Shown here: piece after piece, positions 62,432 to 64,000 of the stretch
How the letters are laid out: each line of letters begins with the position of its first letter
Position numbering within the stretch: position 1 is the first letter of the stretch
Assembly (NCBI RefSeq): GCF_964213995.1
Contig: NC_135813.1
Span: 14,074,001-14,138,000 of the forward strand
DNA length: 64,000 nt
From: Mustelus asterias
Taxonomy: Eukaryota
Direction of reading: 5' to 3'
Program-made: the position numbers and the translations under genes
Notes under the pieces: generated by a model
The model's database searches: none
Told to the model about the DNA's origin: nothing
Seen by the model: the letters and a program-made list of their open reading frames with translations, nothing else

Positions 62432-62911
62432 CATGATGTGGAGATGCCGGCGTTAGACTGGGGTGAACACAGTAAGAAGTCTCACAACACCAGGTTAAAG
62501 TCCAACAGGTTTATTTGGTAGCAAATACCATAAGCTTTCGGAGCACTGCTCCTTCGTCAGATGGAGTGGAAATGTGCTCTCAAACAGTGCAAACAGACAC
62601 AAAATCAAGTTGCAGAATACTGATTAGAATGCGAATCCTACAGCCAGCCAGGTCTTAAAGGTACAGACAATGTGGGTGGAGGGAACATTAAACACAGGTT
62701 AAAGAGATGTGTATTGTCTCCAGACAGAACAGCTAGTGAGATTCTGCAAGCCCAGGAGGCAAGCTGTGGGGGTTACTGTGACATAAATCCAACATCCCGG
62801 TTTAGGCCGTCCTCATGTGTGCGGAACTTGGCTATCAGTTTCTGCTCAGCGACTCTGCGCTGTCGTGTGTCGTGAAGGCCGCCTTGGAGGACGCTTACCT
62901 GAAGATCCAAG
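62432..62911 (-). mobile_element. PLE 3' fragment inserted in the Harbinger Myb exon
   Basis: GIY-YIG C-terminus and pLTR, with a 10-bp TSD GCTGATGGGT (62422-62431, 62912-62921). Confidence 0.92.
62528..62564 (-). ncRNA. Minimal hammerhead ribozyme motif
   Basis: CCAU CUGACGA A GGAGC AGU GCUCC GAAA GCUU AUGG; stem I covaries relative to the CAC/GUG copies. Confidence 0.8.
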
Positions 62912-64000
62912 GCTGATGGGTACCAGAGCTGCCTCTGCCTTCCATGCGGGGTTGCTGAACTTGGTGAAGGGTCTCCTCCCTGCCTGCAAGTACAGAATGT
63001 GGCGGCACTCCTCTACGGCATCTAGCATCCGGTTGAGGGCTTCCCTCCGAGAACCTTGGAGCTGCCTTCCTTGCAGAATTCTACTCAGTGGACTTGGAAT
63101 AAGTGTTGGGAAGTGCGGGAGAGCCGCTTAAATGGAGTGACTCACTAATTGAAACCTCAGCTAATGGCGGGATGGGCAAATCAGATTCTGCCTGCCACAG
63201 ACACAGCATGAAACCCGTGAATTTTTTTTTCTTCAAAGTGCCTAATAATACAGCTACACCCCTGTTTCCCATCAGATTGACACTTTGCCAAAATATCAGA
63301 AAATTCTGCTCATGATCTCTTTGTTGCTTGGACATATATGTAACTTTCTTTTAAAAAGACAATTACAATACTCTTAGCATTCACCCCATAGTAAATTACT
63401 CCACATGCAACACAGGCAACAGAGAATTTCGAAGGTTAGCAATGAATAGAAGTTTTAAAGGTTCCACAAAATCTTGAAATTTATTTTAGCACACATCCAG
63501 CATGGGTGATATAGGAATAATACAATATGTAAATATGTTCCTCTCTTGTTCAAAGTAAATAGAGAGAACAATGAATTATTTAAACTCAATACAATCAGCA
63601 CAAAACAAGCTCTAGCGCCATCATCAGTAAATTTCTTTCAAACTACTTCAAAGGAAATCTTTCTTTGGCAGACATGCCTCTTTTGAGGATTGTCTAATCT
63701 CATCTGTAAGAATAAATCCTCAGGTGATTCAAGCCTTTACACTCAAGATTCTCCAGTTATGGGATCAGTGAAAAACAGAATTATTCTATTATTAACACAA
63801 GGTCAAACTCTTGTTTGGGGGAAGAACTGCCTTGGGCTATTGTAATTGTTTATTCCGTACAAAAAAAAGCTATACTTGCCCTAGGTCATATTTTTCAATA
63901 AAAGGAAACGAAAACATTCTATAATTGGATTACTTCCCTTGTAGATTTCTAACTGACAAGACTGTAACCACACTTCTCAGACAGACATTAATTTTGTACA

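Larger units (their letters stand above)
61308..63195. mobile_element. PIF/Harbinger transposon C remnant (DDE on +, Myb on -)
   Basis: DDE at about 61380-62160 (GFPKVQGVIGCTH, FHSLNVQLICD, ARFPGSVYDS, CLDRSG). Myb at about 62360-63070 (MLDAVEE, NPAWK, QCQKRMNDLL), split by a PLE. Confidence 0.85.

Overview
Eukaryotic, repeat-dense genomic DNA, most likely from a shark or other cartilaginous fish. This is inferred from HE1-type V-SINEs and the CR1/Penelope/Harbinger repertoire. The whole window lies inside one host gene on the minus strand, adenylate kinase 8 (AK8). Four coding exons with GT-AG boundaries are visible (54267-54316, 49071-49181, 46148-46216, 10059-10140), including a 36 kb intron. 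The introns hold nested transposon relics: three PIF/Harbinger elements with convergent DDE and Myb/SANT genes plus MITEs, at least two CR1-clade LINE lineages, L2, RTE and L1-like fragments, several Gypsy LTR remnants, solo LTRs, three tRNA-derived SINE types, and Penelope-like element (PLE) fragments. Main findings: (1) a TSD-bounded Gypsy deletion derivative with no tRNA primer-binding site (PBS), whose PBS position is a perfect 15-nt complement of its own LTR poly(A) signal; (2) many minimal hammerhead ribozyme motifs of two families, one with stem I covariation and one with a U3-A8 core variant, several on the AK8 sense strand; (3) two PLE fold-back palindromes. No CRISPR, rRNA or bona fide tRNA genes were seen. 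Boundaries of old repeats are approximate, and family assignments come from motif recognition, not database searches.
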